DNA of 62,575 nucleotides, counting the filler, from Kipferlia bialata (taxonomy: Eukaryota), in the NCBI GenBank assembly GCA_003568945.1. It is 5 parts of 5 records of this genome, joined end to end, with 100 filler letters (N's around TTAATTAATTAA, not from the genome) between each part and the next. Parts side by side here need not be neighbours in the genome. Positions count along the whole stretch, not along the records: positions 1 to 14,420 come from BDIP01000818.1; positions 14,521 to 25,600 come from BDIP01000820.1; 3 more parts are not named here. One strand, 5' to 3'. This document shows, in pieces, positions 11,763-24,497 of this stretch (its first letter is position 1; the number at the start of each line of letters is the position of its first letter). Made by a program: the position numbers and the translations under genes. The notes under the pieces were generated by a model. That model did no database searches. It worked only from the letters and a program-made list of their open reading frames with translations, and had not been told where the DNA came from.

Positions 11763-14358
11763 TGGTCCGTACCGGCTTGAGGATGACATCGAGAACCTGT
11801 TCCCTGGTGACTGTCCAGGACGGGGTCTTGCAGTGCAGGTGGGCCTTGTCGAAGGCCTGTACTCTGCTGCCTAGGAGTCAGACAGAGGTATTATTAGGTA
11901 TACATGAAGAGAGAGAGAGAGGGAGAGAGAGTACCTGTGTCGATGTCTGAGGGTGTCCCCTCTGGGTATGTCATGACGTGCATACCAAGTGCCATCAAGG
12001 GGCGGTTGTTGATGCGAGTGTCCTATGGGATCAGCATATACTATAAATACTGTTCGACTTTGAGTGGATACTGTAATATACACCCTGTACCTGCTGCGCC
12101 AGTGACAGCACAATGTGTCTAGTCCCGTTGGATGCACCCACTCTCAACTCAAACATAGGGGCATACATGCCAATCTGACTGAGGGGGTGAGACATCGACA
12201 CTGTAGGAATTATTTAGATGATCATAACAGTATGCATATATATACAGGAATGTCCAGTGCCTATATACCTCGAGCTAAACACCCCCGTGGCACTGTTGTC
12301 CTTCTTGGCCCACTCGCCATACTGCCTGGGGGTAAGCGTTCTCTCTCTCTAAATACACATTATTATCTCATACATACTACTTTGTATGAGTTGGAGACCA
12401 CTACTGTTATGTTCAACATACAGTAATATGAAGACCACTCACTTTCCGCTCTGCTGGAACTTGGTGGGCAGATAGCAGAAGTCCATGTTGGTGAAGACAG
12501 TCATGAGGATGTCGAGGGGCATCCACGAACAGCCTGGGATAAGAGATAATCTAATTTAAGTGAATAATCAATTACAGCACTGACCATTGTTTTACTCAGA
12601 AGAAGTATGAGATGTATACTTCCTTACCCTCGTCCTTGCGGACCTTTGCCAGCATCTTGTCCCTGTGCACTAGGGGTATGGTGCCCCAGCTTGACTTGTC
12701 AGCGGCATGGAAGGGACCACTGTACTTGGTGCTGCCTGGTGTTATAATTATACATAATAATACTATATGAGGAGAACACAAGCTAATAGACAGAAGAAGA
12801 GGGATTGAATGGCCAATGTATTGAATGACATGATATTTAGACTCACCATGGGGGTTACGGCACAGGACCATCTTGATGGGCTCTAGACTGGGGGTGAGAG
12901 AGATACATAGTAACTAATACACATGCTGAGTCGTGAATTCTATAGAGATATAGTGCTGTAGCACTCACCCCTGTCTTGGAATCTCGAACACACCCAGGAC
13001 CGAGTAGGCGTGCAGTGTTGTGATGCCATACTTTGCGGCATATGCGTTGTCCTTGTTGGCACTGCACCCCATGGCACCCGTACCCTGGAGTAAGGGAGGG
13101 GGGGGGGGGAGGGCATATTCTATAAATACTATTGTATCTAGCATATACCCAAATGAACTGTGAAAGGGAAGAAATGGATATATATGCCTTCGGTGGCATG
13201 AGTAGTATCTAGATATTGTACACCCACCCTTGAGAAGACTGCGTCCATCCTGGCCCATAGTTCCTTAGCCCCAGGAAGGGGGCCCTTAGAGGAGGGGGAG
13301 GAGGATCTGTGGTCAGAGAAGAATGATTGGACCACAACTCAATACCAGTATTATGATTGTTAGATGATAGTATCCACTCAAGAGAGAAGTATATACCGTA
13401 CCCTGACAGGGAGTGTGTGGGAGGGGGAGAGAGAGCGTTGCTGTTGGCAAGGCTGGTACTCTGCTTGGCCCTCTGCTCCTCTCTCTTGACCTCTCTCTCG
13501 GCCAGGGTGGAGAAGTGAAGGCGGAAGCCTGTGGGTGAGACACACAGATGTATATCTGTTCACAATACACCAATTAGGTCCCATGCATACCTACCCCCCC
13601 TGTCAGGTCGGTCAGGGCATCTGACGTGATACCACCTGAGAGTGAGAGGGAGGAGAGAACGCCTAGTCAAAGGAGCGTACATGCATACTAGTACATACAC
13701 ACATATATATATATACTCACCTATGATGGCTGCATATGACCCATGCAGCTTGGCATATGCCTTCTCGATGAAGGAGACCCACAGCTCACCCTGAGGTCAG
13801 GGGGGGGGGGGGCGAACATAAGGTACAATACATATATGTATGGAGTGAAGATAGTACCTTCTCAGTAGGGGGAGTGGGCGAGCAGAAGGTAAGATATTTA
13901 TATATATGTGTTTAATGGTAATAGACAGTACCTTCTCAGCTGATCTGGCGAATGCGGGCTGTCCATGGAGACAGGGCAGATAGTCATCTATCACTATGGG
14001 ACGCCAGGCCTCCTAGTGTAAGGCAAAATGTAAGCGAGTGCAATACTATGTTCAAATGTATGTATCTATAGTATGGTATACACTGCGTATCCCCACCTGC
14101 TTGTAGAACTGCAACTTGACCTCGCCCTTGATGGCATCATAGGAGACAAGGACCTTGCTGGGGGGTGAGAATGGTATGATAAAATATATATCATAAAGCC
14201 AAGTTACCTATTGGAGAGTGAGATATAGATGAGGAGGAGGAGGAGGAGGAGGAGCGGGGGAGGGGGGGGCAGTGTATGTATGAGAGAGTACCTGAGCACA
14301 TTGTCGAATGAACACACAGTGCTGACAGCAGACAGGAACCAGCAGTCACCCAGACACC
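10142..14358 (-). CDS. Calpain-family cysteine protease (CysPc + two domain III/C2-like repeats + short C-terminal beta domain); about 24 visible exons, 5'-truncated by the gap
   Basis: Catalytic motifs on separate exons: GCLGDCWFLSA (14292-14358), VIDDYLP, ELWVSFIEKAYAKLHGSY, DALTDLTGG, LHAYSVL (~13000), CRNPHG (~12850). Domain III motifs GEW..SATGC / VVPSVFDRGNEGLFCIRSFS, and again W..TAGG..SPQ / YILVPCTHGAAQTGNYIL. Stop TAG at 10142-10144. Confidence 0.93.
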
Positions 14359-14420
14359 CTATCATGAGAGAGAGGGAGAGAGAGAGAGAGAGAGAGGGAG
14401 GGGGGGGGGGGGGGGGGGGG

Positions 14421-14520
14421 NNNNNNNNNNNNNNNNNNNNNNNNNNNNNNNNNNNNNNNNNNNNTTAATTAATTAANNNNNNNNNNNNNNNNNNNNNNNN
14501 NNNNNNNNNNNNNNNNNNNN
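14421..14520. other. Artificial contig spacer (N44-TTAATTAATTAA-N44)
   Basis: 100-nt N run with a six-frame stop linker; genes on both sides are truncated. Confidence 0.98.
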
Positions 14521-14528
14521 CCTCCTTC

Positions 14529-14560
<32 letters not shown>

Positions 14561-14585
14561 TTCATCCTCTCCCCCTAACCACCAG

Positions 14586-17500
14586 AGCCGCTATGCGCAT
14601 GTCCAGGAATGACCCCCAGATCCTCAACTGGAATGCAGATCTCTGCATGTTCTGGCGGAATAACAGTGTCCACGTGTCCACTTGGCCGAGAATAGGGGCT
14701 AGGTGTGGTAGCCAGCTGTCATATAGTATTAATCCTTGCGTACATATATATTGATAATGATTATATATATACATATGCGGGTTCCGTCTTATCATCAGGG
14801 ATGTGGATCTCTACCAGCTGTACAGGGCCATATCAAGTGAGGGCGGATTGAACAAGGTGAGATGGGGTCTCATGTCACCTCACAGGCCTATCCTATACCA
14901 ACCTACTCAGCTCTACTGGTTCATTGTCTGATGCTTCTCTGTAACCCGTAGGTGCTGCTAGACGGTGGCTTCCCCAGGATAGCCAGACAGCTGCGGTACA
15001 GTCATCCCGAGCACTGCCCAGGTGAGAGGGCGCTGGTATTCATCTATCTGTGTGTGTGTATTCTGAGTATGCATCCAGCATATCTGACCCAAGGCCAGCT
15101 GATCCGCATCTGCTACGAGAAGACCCTGTTTCTCTTCGAGCAGCAGGCCCTCTTCAGCCAAAGGGCCTCGCAGGAGCAGGTGGGTGGGTGACATGGATGT
15201 GTGGGGAAGGGTATGCGTCAGATTCAGAGCGAAGTCTCAATACTGTTTAAGTGTCCTGCTGGTGTACTATTCAGCCACTATCATTGGTCCCACCCCAGAT
15301 CCGGTATGTCAGGATGGTGTGGCTCAAGTACCCAAGGGACTGGACCTCAGACACCCCCTCCGACCCCTCGGAGGCACAGGTGCGGCAGAAAACTCTGGAA
15401 GCAGTGCTAGAGTCAGTCGTGGAGTGTATCTGTTGCGTATGGGTATATATTGATATATATATGTATATACTATTACTATTACTATGACTGTTCCCCCTAA
15501 CTATCCTAGGCCATCCGTGAACTTGCATCCACGGCCCCTTTCAACGACCACCGTGCCACCCCCGTGCCCACCCATGTACTGAGTGAGGAGGCAGCCCAGG
15601 TGGGGGCATGGCAGATAACAGATATCAGTACATCAGATATCAATGAAACGGACAGCGGGTGTTGGATGTATACCATTCTCGTCTCACGCCAGACCCGTGA
15701 TGTCCTTGCGCCCTCCCAGCTGAGGACAGTGATGGACCAGTGTCAGACGGCAGTGGCCTGTGGCAGCCTGAGGGGACAGGTATGATATCTATATATATAT
15801 ATTCCATATGTGGGAGTGTGTGTTATAGCTACATTAGCCCTGTGTATCTAGAGAGTGTCTCGCCCACCCCAGGCCGACGTGACCTCTGCGCTAGACAGGG
15901 TCGAGGCCTGGTTGGCCGGGGGTGCCGCCCGTGCCCACCCCTCCACCCTCCGGAGGGATGTGCTGCCAGACAGTGTGGACGTCACCATCAGGTGAGGGGC
16001 AGCGGGGTGGTAGTTGCCCATTGGCTGGTGTGTATCTCATCAGTCATCTCTACTCAATGCAGAAAGGGTCCAGGGCGGAGACCAAAGGGTGCTAGCAAGT
16101 TTGCCACAATTCCTCCCATTGCGCCAGTCCCAGCCGTTGGTCCCCATCTACCAGGTGCCATATGTGTGTATACCGTGATGTGTATATATACCGTGTGTAT
16201 ATCACGTATATGTACCATTGCCTGCCTCCTCCCTCATTGGACACATCTTCTACCCACCAAACCTAACCTTACCTTACCTTACCTTACCGTACCGTACCTT
16301 ACCTTACCTTACCTTACCTTCAGCGGATGGGTTGACGGGTACAGCTGGGCTGGGCTCCCTTGGCGTGGCTCTCCTCAAGGAGGCCGTGTCCTGGGTGGCC
16401 GATGCCTCGGACGCCCCTCCCCTCTCCGTCCCCCCCGTCCCCCCTGTGCCCACAGCAGACAGGCACCGGTGGGTGGGGGACACACTGCTAAGAGTGGTCA
16501 GAGTGGCTGGGGCACTCGGCACCGCCACCCAGGCAGCAGTAGGTGGGTGACCATGTGCGGGTAGTGTATGTATAGCGGGTAGTCACTGCAGTCTCAACCC
16601 ACCCCTCTTATTACGATGATGACCCACCCTCACTGTTAGTGAAGGATACCTCCCTAATCGGGGTTCTGTTCTCCCTGGCGTCTGGTATATCCCACCCTGC
16701 CATCCTGCAGCAGCGCACCCCGTGCTCCGTCTTCCCCCCCTCCCTCCCCCACTCCCTCCCCCCCTCTCTGGGTGAAGAGGCCGTCCTCGCCCTCATCCCC
16801 CTGGCCCCTGCCCCCATCCACCTCGACTCCCTCCCTATCGACCCAGGTGAGTAGTAGTGGGGGATGGGTCACGTGGGTCTGTATGTGTTATCTTGCCCGA
16901 TTGACCCTGTTTCACCTACACTCTTTCCACTACACCGTCCCAATAGCCCCTTCACCCTAAGGAGTGGTCTTGAAGTCTCTACTGGCGCCCCCTTTCTCCC
17001 TTCCTAGAGTGTATCTACTGGCCCAGCTGCTGACCTCTACCCGTAACCTCCAAGCGTTGCAGATGGGCACCCGTCCGCATGTGGGTACATAGGTGTATAA
17101 ACTTGGATGGATGCATTTTCTCACTCGCAGGATATGATTTCTGGGTTACGCTCTGTCCTCTCTCAGTGTGCCCCAGACTCTCTGTATGCCCAGCGTGCGT
17201 ACCTAGACTGCAAACCAGGCCAGGGTGATGGGGATGGGGAGACCGCCCCTGCCGTCCCGCCTTTCCACCCCCCTGGCTATCCACCCCATGGCTCTGGGGC
17301 ACCCTCCCGACTCAGCGTGCCCTGCCCCCCTCTACCCCTCTCCCAAAGGGTCCAGGCCGTCCTGTCCTCAGCTGGGCCCCTCAGGGAAGGGGTGGGACCG
17401 AATAGGGGCTGGGTCGGCCACACGCGCACGGGTCTGGCCCACCTGCCAGTACCGCTCCACCCCCTAGCCTCGCACCTGGCCCTGTCCCGCCTAGCCATCC

Positions 17501-17960
17501 AGTGTATGCACGGCATGTGCCAAGATAACCAGGTGGGGGGGTGCATATGGATATGCGCATTTCAGATCTATCAATGTAGATGAGTGATGCATTCCACACT
17601 ATCCTATGCTATCTGTGAGATTTACAGGGTTCTCACAGCAGAGTCGGCGTATAGGCAACCGAGACACGTCTAGCATCTATGCCTCCCTTCTTGCCACTGA
17701 CACCGTCCTAGTGGAACGGCTGACACGGTGTGTGGATATGGGGACAGACGCCATGGTGCCCACGCTCCACTCCGTCAGACACCTGTACCTGGCCGACATC
17801 CACCTGGGGCCCAAGGGGGGAGGGGTGGGGATGGGGGGGGCAACCTTCATCGCACCAGTTACATCCACCCGCACTAAGCTATGCTACTCCTCGCCTGACG
17901 CAGACCTCGCACAGCTGTTACTGCCCTTGCGACAGGACGCGGCGCTCATGGTCGTACAGG

Positions 17961-17997
<37 letters not shown>

Positions 17998-18317
17998 ATA
18001 GGTATCAGGGGTAGCTGTCGTGATGTGGGAGTGTCTATGGGAGTGTTCCTAACATGCAGTCGCTCCGGCTGTGTGCTGTCGATGCCGTTCTGCTCCTGGG
18101 GGCACTCCGCAGGGTCACAGCCCTACCAACCAAGGTGAGCATTGCGTTATCTATTAGTGTGTATGGGTATGTGTGTGTCTCTATCTTGGGAACTGGTCCC
18201 TAACTGTAGGCCCTCCTCCTCCTCGTGTCTCTCTGGGAGGCAGGGGAGGCCGGTAAGGCAGGGGCCGGCGACGCAGTTGCTAGGGCCGCTAAGGTGGTTC
18301 TCGAGGACACACAATAG
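14586..18317 (+). CDS. ARID/BRIGHT domain protein with a helical (ARM-like) C-terminal region, possibly an ARID1/ARID2-Rsc9-like chromatin remodelling subunit; may be 5'-partial
   Basis: Spliced exons give WPRIGAR|DVDLYQLYRAISSEGGLNK|VLLDGGFPRIARQL..|GQLIRICYEKTLFLFE, matching the ARID consensus. The last exon ends VVLEDTQ* at 18315-18317. Confidence 0.75.
16261..16320 (+). repeat. (ACCTT)n pentamer microsatellite directly before a 3' splice site
   Basis: Twelve near-perfect ACCTT/ACCGT/ACCTA units followed by CAG. Confidence 0.9.
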
Positions 18318-18359
18318 ACCTCGCCGTCCATTGATTGATTGTGCAGGGAATTGAACCCT

Positions 18360-21300
18360 CTACTCGTTTGATGCTTCTTCAATTGCCTTCCATGATTCTG
18401 CATTGTCTGCTGCTTGGTGTAACAGTGTCCTAGCCACAGCTGATGTGTCCTGAGATTAATCTTAGTCTTATACCCATGTAGATCTGCTCATACCCTCGGG
18501 ATATTGGAAGTTGCTCCACGTACCGTGAGTCCAAGTCTTCTTGTCTTGTGGGAGTATGCCTTGAGAAGGGGCATCACCAGACGCTGCAGGTAGGTGCGCT
18601 GGGGTTACCGGTATCATTGGTGGAGTATTGGGCCAGAGACTTGTCTACCCGGTGATGAGGTTATGAGATCAGTAGCATTTCAGTGTGTTAGCTGGTATTA
18701 GCCACCTGACAAACACTTGCTGTGACCTCAGGTTTTCCGGCATCAAGACATCTCTTGTTTGGCACTATAAGACCAGCTTCTCCCTGTTGTTACTCATCAA
18801 TTACAAAGAGATACTACCACGACACATGTCCTATATTCAGTCAGAGTATTTTGACTCATGGTACTGAGTGACTATGATATACGAAGTGGTATCACGACAT
18901 TAGCTCTTCTGAGGATGCCCACCTCCAGAATACCAGATCCAAACTCTTCCCTCATGTAGTTTCGACCGAATATCTCTGCAGTATGCCAGGCCCGGGCCAT
19001 ATTGGCCGTGGAAGCCAGAAGGACTATCGACCTGGCTAGCACTCCTTGGACACGGCCTGGGTCAGGGACTAGGACACACTATCATGGTGCATTGGTGGTG
19101 TCCTTACCTAGCTCTCCCCCTGTGTCGGACACGGCACTGGGCATCTGCACCTCTGTGCGGTGGGTGCCGTAGAGGGGACCCACTGTGCTCATTGTCTGTA
19201 TCTGGTGGAGAGTGTCCCATATCTGAGAGCCCTGAGTTACCGCTATCAGTTGTCGAGCCCAACGTCGACCCTGCCGCTCCCATCTAACCCCGCACCCCAA
19301 CACCACAGCCTCGAAGAGCAGCCCCGCCTACCGTGAGATAGGACGCAACGCTACTGTTATACACATGGATCAGGCCTATATGTACTGCCACATGACATAT
19401 TGGACCTTGTTACAGTGTTGCATTGTTATAGTGGTAGTGGTAGACGTCTGCTCTCCCACCTGCCTTGCTGCCTGGTCGTACCTCCCATGCAGGGTAGATA
19501 TGCAGTTGTCTGATCCTGTAAGATAGTCCCGGCTTAACCCTGTGTAGGAGTAACATGTGGGAGCATGGTACTTAGGTGGAGAGTTCCCACCGAAATCATA
19601 GCTCTTGTGGTGGTTACTATGATAACATGCACCGATACCTGAATGGTCCATATTGCCACAGACAATGGCTGTCATGATAATGAGTTGCAGTCTGGGTGGC
19701 ATCAGAAGCTGGTCAGCACCACATCGATAGATACAGTCGGAGAGGAGGATGCCGGCCTGGGAGGAAGCGCACTCCTAAAGAGCGTATTTATATGTGGAGA
19801 GTAATCCTCTGATTGAAGATATTGGCGATCGTAGCTGTCACATGCTACTTTGGGTCACTATGCTCATGATTCTCTTACCTGCAGCGAGTCGAGTGTGTGT
19901 ACTGTGTTGTGAAAGGGGACACTTCGGTGGAACCTGAGTGTCACTCTTAGTCTAGATACTATCTCCTCCTACAATTGATTTATGAAGCACTCGCTGTCGG
20001 TTACACAAGACTTGTGATGTATATGATTGCATCTACTATCATTTACCCCACTAAGTCCTTGTTGCGTACCTATATATGGTAAATAGTGTCTTCATTAGGC
20101 TGCGCAGCTGTATATGCACGTTTGCAGTGGCTGTCTGGTATGTTCTTGCGTGCACATATAGCCACCTGGTGGTCAGAGCTCTCTTTGAGAGAACTATATC
20201 AGGGTGATGTTTGGAAATTGAAGTCTTGGAAATGGACACCATCGGTGACAAAACAGTACCCGAAAGCAAACTCGCCAAACTTGGCTTGGAATGTGTGTGC
20301 ATCAAAGCGTGGGTCTGCAACTGCCTGTTGTAGTAGCGCTTGGGCCTCTCTATTGGCTGTCGGTTAGTCCATATGCGCTTCGGATTTCCACCAGGTGTCC
20401 CTAGGCGTACAATTACTGTCAAATTCCACACATAGTACTGATAGAACATACCATGGAGACAGTGGTATGCCACGAGGAGAGAGTCCACACATTGCTCACA
20501 GGTGACTGTCAGTGGTACACTGTGTCTGATCTCTGGCAGTGTGACAGGCACTACCCTCACTGCACCTGACTTGTCTACAATGTCATGTATGGTCATACAC
20601 TCCCTAGTCACACACTGTCTCTTGTGACTCATAGCATGCCGGCCATTAGGGCTCGAAAGACAGCCGGTATAGATGTCTGCAGAGCTGGGAACGGAGACGT
20701 CGGACTCCCCATCCCTTTGACACTCCACCGTATATATAGGGGCTATGTCCCCACACCGGCGTCCATCTGAGGTGACGGATAGACGTGGAATACGCTCCTC
20801 ATAGCCGCATACGATATATCCGTCTCCGTCCGAGGTTGGTCCACAATATGAACTGGTAGGTAAGTAACGTCATATGGTGAGATCTCGATAGCTGAGTGCA
20901 CTGCATACTCTATAACCATACCCAACAGACCGCATGAGGTGATACCGATCTGATGTCCTTGGGCAGCGGTGCCGACACTCCACCTATAGTCATGCGACGC
21001 AGGAAAGGATGTCATACACCGACTAGTATCCGTCATCGACGATGAAACGCTATTACATTGAATGCTCTGAACAGAGTCTTTAGCGGATGTTCATGACCAC
21101 TCATTATCCTACCTTATAGACTGGGGACGCTGACCTCACACTCTTTATGGCAGCATAGACCTACCGTAAGAGAAAAGGACGCTTATAGTCACCCATCAAC
21201 ACCTGTCAAGACTGTATCGTATAGTATCGTTACTGACACTCTAAGTTGCCCCTGCCATACCTTAGGGACGTCGTCAGGATGAATGCGGCCTGGGAATGCC

Positions 21301-24041
21301 GAGTTCTCCTGCGTCACCTGTAGGTCATTGCCGGCGCCGTATATGTTCAACCAGCTCTGAAGCAGATACACTCTGCACTTGATCTCAGTCAGTCGCTTAG
21401 GGTCTGGTGTCAGAGTGTGAAGAACTCTCAATGAGAATGTGACTCATGAGATGATCATATCGGTTCTGCCAAATGATATCAGTACCTATAGGTATCACAA
21501 GCATCCACGATAGCCGCAAGGGCCTCACATTGTTTGTATGTGTGAATGTTGAACTTGATGTCTCTTGCACATGGTCTGGCACTATCAGACGGGCAGATGG
21601 GGACACCTCAGATAGGTCAGTACTGCTGTGGCTGCTAAAGCTGTGTGACACACCACCACCTGCGGTCTGGAGTGATGTATCTGCAGATGCCTCGAGCTCT
21701 GTTTGGGTCATCTCCGAGCAGTCCCGACCCTGTGGCGAGATGGCCTCTTGGTGCCCTCCCTCCACTGCTGTCACCAGAGAGTGTCCGGCTAGCCACTCAG
21801 TCATCTGGACACTGGCCCCACTCTCCTGCTCTGTATACAGGGTGTGAGATATCACAGAGGACGTCAGTGTCCTCAGTCTGTGTTGAAGGGAACTGAAGGC
21901 CGGATCCCTCGCGAGGGCCTAAGGTTAATACTAACACACTGGAAAGCCTCAATATTCGTTAGCACTACCACAATATAGCATGTCACAACACCACCTGAAG
22001 TACTTGAATGAGGTCATCGGCGCTAGTGACCACCTGTCCTGGGAGCACCGCTGCCTGCTGGTGCCACGGATAGGACACCGTGCCCTTGAGGGTGTCAGTC
22101 ATACCCCAGGTGGCGTTGTCGAGTAAGAACCCAGACCATCGTCCATTGTAGTGCGACGCTAGGTATGTCAGGACAGCAAACCAAGCATATCGTACTATGC
22201 TTACGACGAATGGTCCAACACTGGGCCTATTTCCGACAGGATACGTCTTGTTCGTCAGCAGCAAATGTACAGTGAAATTGGTCAAGTGCCTCTCCTGCTG
22301 GTGGTGGTCCGGTGTGTACGTCACGAGGTTGGAGAGAGACGAGGGTATCTCAGAAGGGTCACATACGAGTCCCTCTCTCACTGTCTTATGAATGTCATGG
22401 ACCACCTCTCTACGTGCCTGGCTTCAGACATGGGCATTCTAAGATAGCCGTATACTTACAGTCTTACAAGGTGCTACATACCTCAGAGTCATATGGGAGC
22501 TGCCTTCGTGCAAGTATGTATCGATAGCTCTGCAGCCACAGAGAAGAAGTGATATCATCTGCGATGTCCCCTCCAGTGGAGTCGAAGAAGATGACAAGGC
22601 GTTGGTATATATGGGACAACGATCCATAGGACAATATGGGAAGGGTAAGCGGAGTCAAACTTGGAACCAGCACCCCCACCACCACTGCCCCCTTGGGAGC
22701 CAGTCTGGCCACACTGCTCTGTACATGTAGCAGGAGGGATCCAGCGACAGCCACTGAAGATATCACACTCGTTAGGGTGTTCAATGTGAAGAATAGCTGG
22801 TCTTGTGATCGGAACATTGTGTAAATGGTGGTTCCTGGTTCCAGGCTTGTCCTCCTTGGTAACATACGGTGGACTAGAAGCAGTGTTTCCACAGGCACAA
22901 CACCTACCACTGCCACTGATGTCATTGGTATGCCTCTGTGACCTGAGCTGTATATATCAGACAGCACCGACAGGACCTTGAGGCACCACGAGGCCACCAC
23001 CATTCTTCCTATCAGGGATGTGGGGAGACCAGTACTACCCCGGAGACCAGAAGTAAGTGTTGACTGTATGACCACATATTGAGGGGCATGGCTTACTAAG
23101 AGCATGATACAGTCGTCAAGGACCGAGTTAGTTGCGAGGTATACGGGGAGGCAAAGGAAAGACCAGGCCACGTACAGAGCAAGGACACGGGCAGGTGTCT
23201 GAAGGTGAAAACCCAGTCACACAGTGAAAGATACTGCTGGGTTGACATAGTATTGGCACTCACCAGGACGAGACGGTATGTGAGACTCTCCGACATATTG
23301 GCCGTCCACCCCGGAGTGATGGAGAGATTTGAGGGGTCTACCGATTAACGGAGATAGTCTGACAGGATGAAACAGACAACTCCTCTAGGTTCAATGGAAA
23401 TGGAAGTTGTGTGTATATCATCGGCGGCATTGGCAGTATGAGGATATCTCTTTGCCATGTAAACCCTTCAGTGTTGAGGGTATCATGATCTTATTTACAG
23501 CATTTCAATTACTACTCAGAAGGTCTTCTTGCATCGTCAATGATCACTTGTGTAGATCCCCTATAACACGCCCTGGGCGCTCCACAACCTGCGGAGGGTG
23601 CATATCGGTATCAACTGAGGAATTCCCCAGGTTATGATGGTAGAGGGTATCAGACAGGGAGGGTAAGTGTAACAATTCTACCCTTGTACCAGTGTGAGTG
23701 GCACTCACTGAGTACAAGTCACTAGCCTGCGCTTTCTGCGTCCACCCGTCCAACCCTGGACCCTCCAGGAGCACTAGCAACACTTGTGACCCAGGGACCG
23801 AGGAACACGGCCACCACCGGCACCCCCCCCCCATGACAATCATCATTCATCAATGTCCATGGAGACGAGGGGCTACTCGACAACACCCTCGTCCTCGGCG
23901 TCAACCACAAGCACATTGACCGCGATAGACTACGAGGGGGCAGGGTCAGATTTACTGAGCACTGTACATAGTACCTGTAAACAAGGTGCCCTACAAGACT
24001 TGTGAAAGACACACCCTACTTCCCTGGCTCCACCTGTCCAT
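18360..24041 (-). CDS. Multi-exon TM + PAS-like + degenerate class I phosphodiesterase protein (pseudo-PDE); 5' end uncertain
   Basis: Exons: multi-TM region 22480-23290; RIHPDDVPKVW (PAS-like, ~21261-21288); DPRFDAHTF; PFHNTVHTLDSLQ (19878-19920); TAIVCGNMDHSG (~19640-19672); LLASTANMARAWHTAEIFGRNYMREEF (~18945-19025); SVCQ|RTYLQRLVMPLL; ADNAESW; stop at 18360-18362. Confidence 0.75.
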
Positions 24042-24497
24042 AGAGTCGTGTTTTAACTGAAAACTTTTCAGACCCCACTTTCTGTGACAGACCGTCAGTC
24101 AGTATAGATCACCATGTACATTGTACCGTGTATTCATGGTGAAATATTCTCTTGCCATACAGACTTGACGAAAGGCACCCGACTGACACCTAGAATAATC
24201 CAGATATTACCAGAGTCGATCCCCCAAGCTCTTCATTCTGTAGGACGGCCCTAAAGTAGAACCTGCAGAATGTATATAGATCTAAATGAAACAAGGGTCC
24301 AGGTGTTTTTGTTGGCTTTGTTGGCACATGCTGCCAACGAGCTATTCATAGACATCGATTCGGTTGGACTGGAATAGTGCTTAGCTTTAGAAGAGTGCAC
24401 CAGTCTTCCCCCTTAGAGTCCAGGGGGGCCGAGAGAGACACAACTTGGGGCTCTGTGTCTGTGAAGACAGAGAGTCGCCATTAGTGACTGAGAGACG

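Noticed and set aside
14421..14520. Repeated TTAATTAATTAA motif within N runs (also 25601, 40102, 54597)
   Set aside because: Artificial six-frame-stop linker; adjacency across it has no biological meaning.
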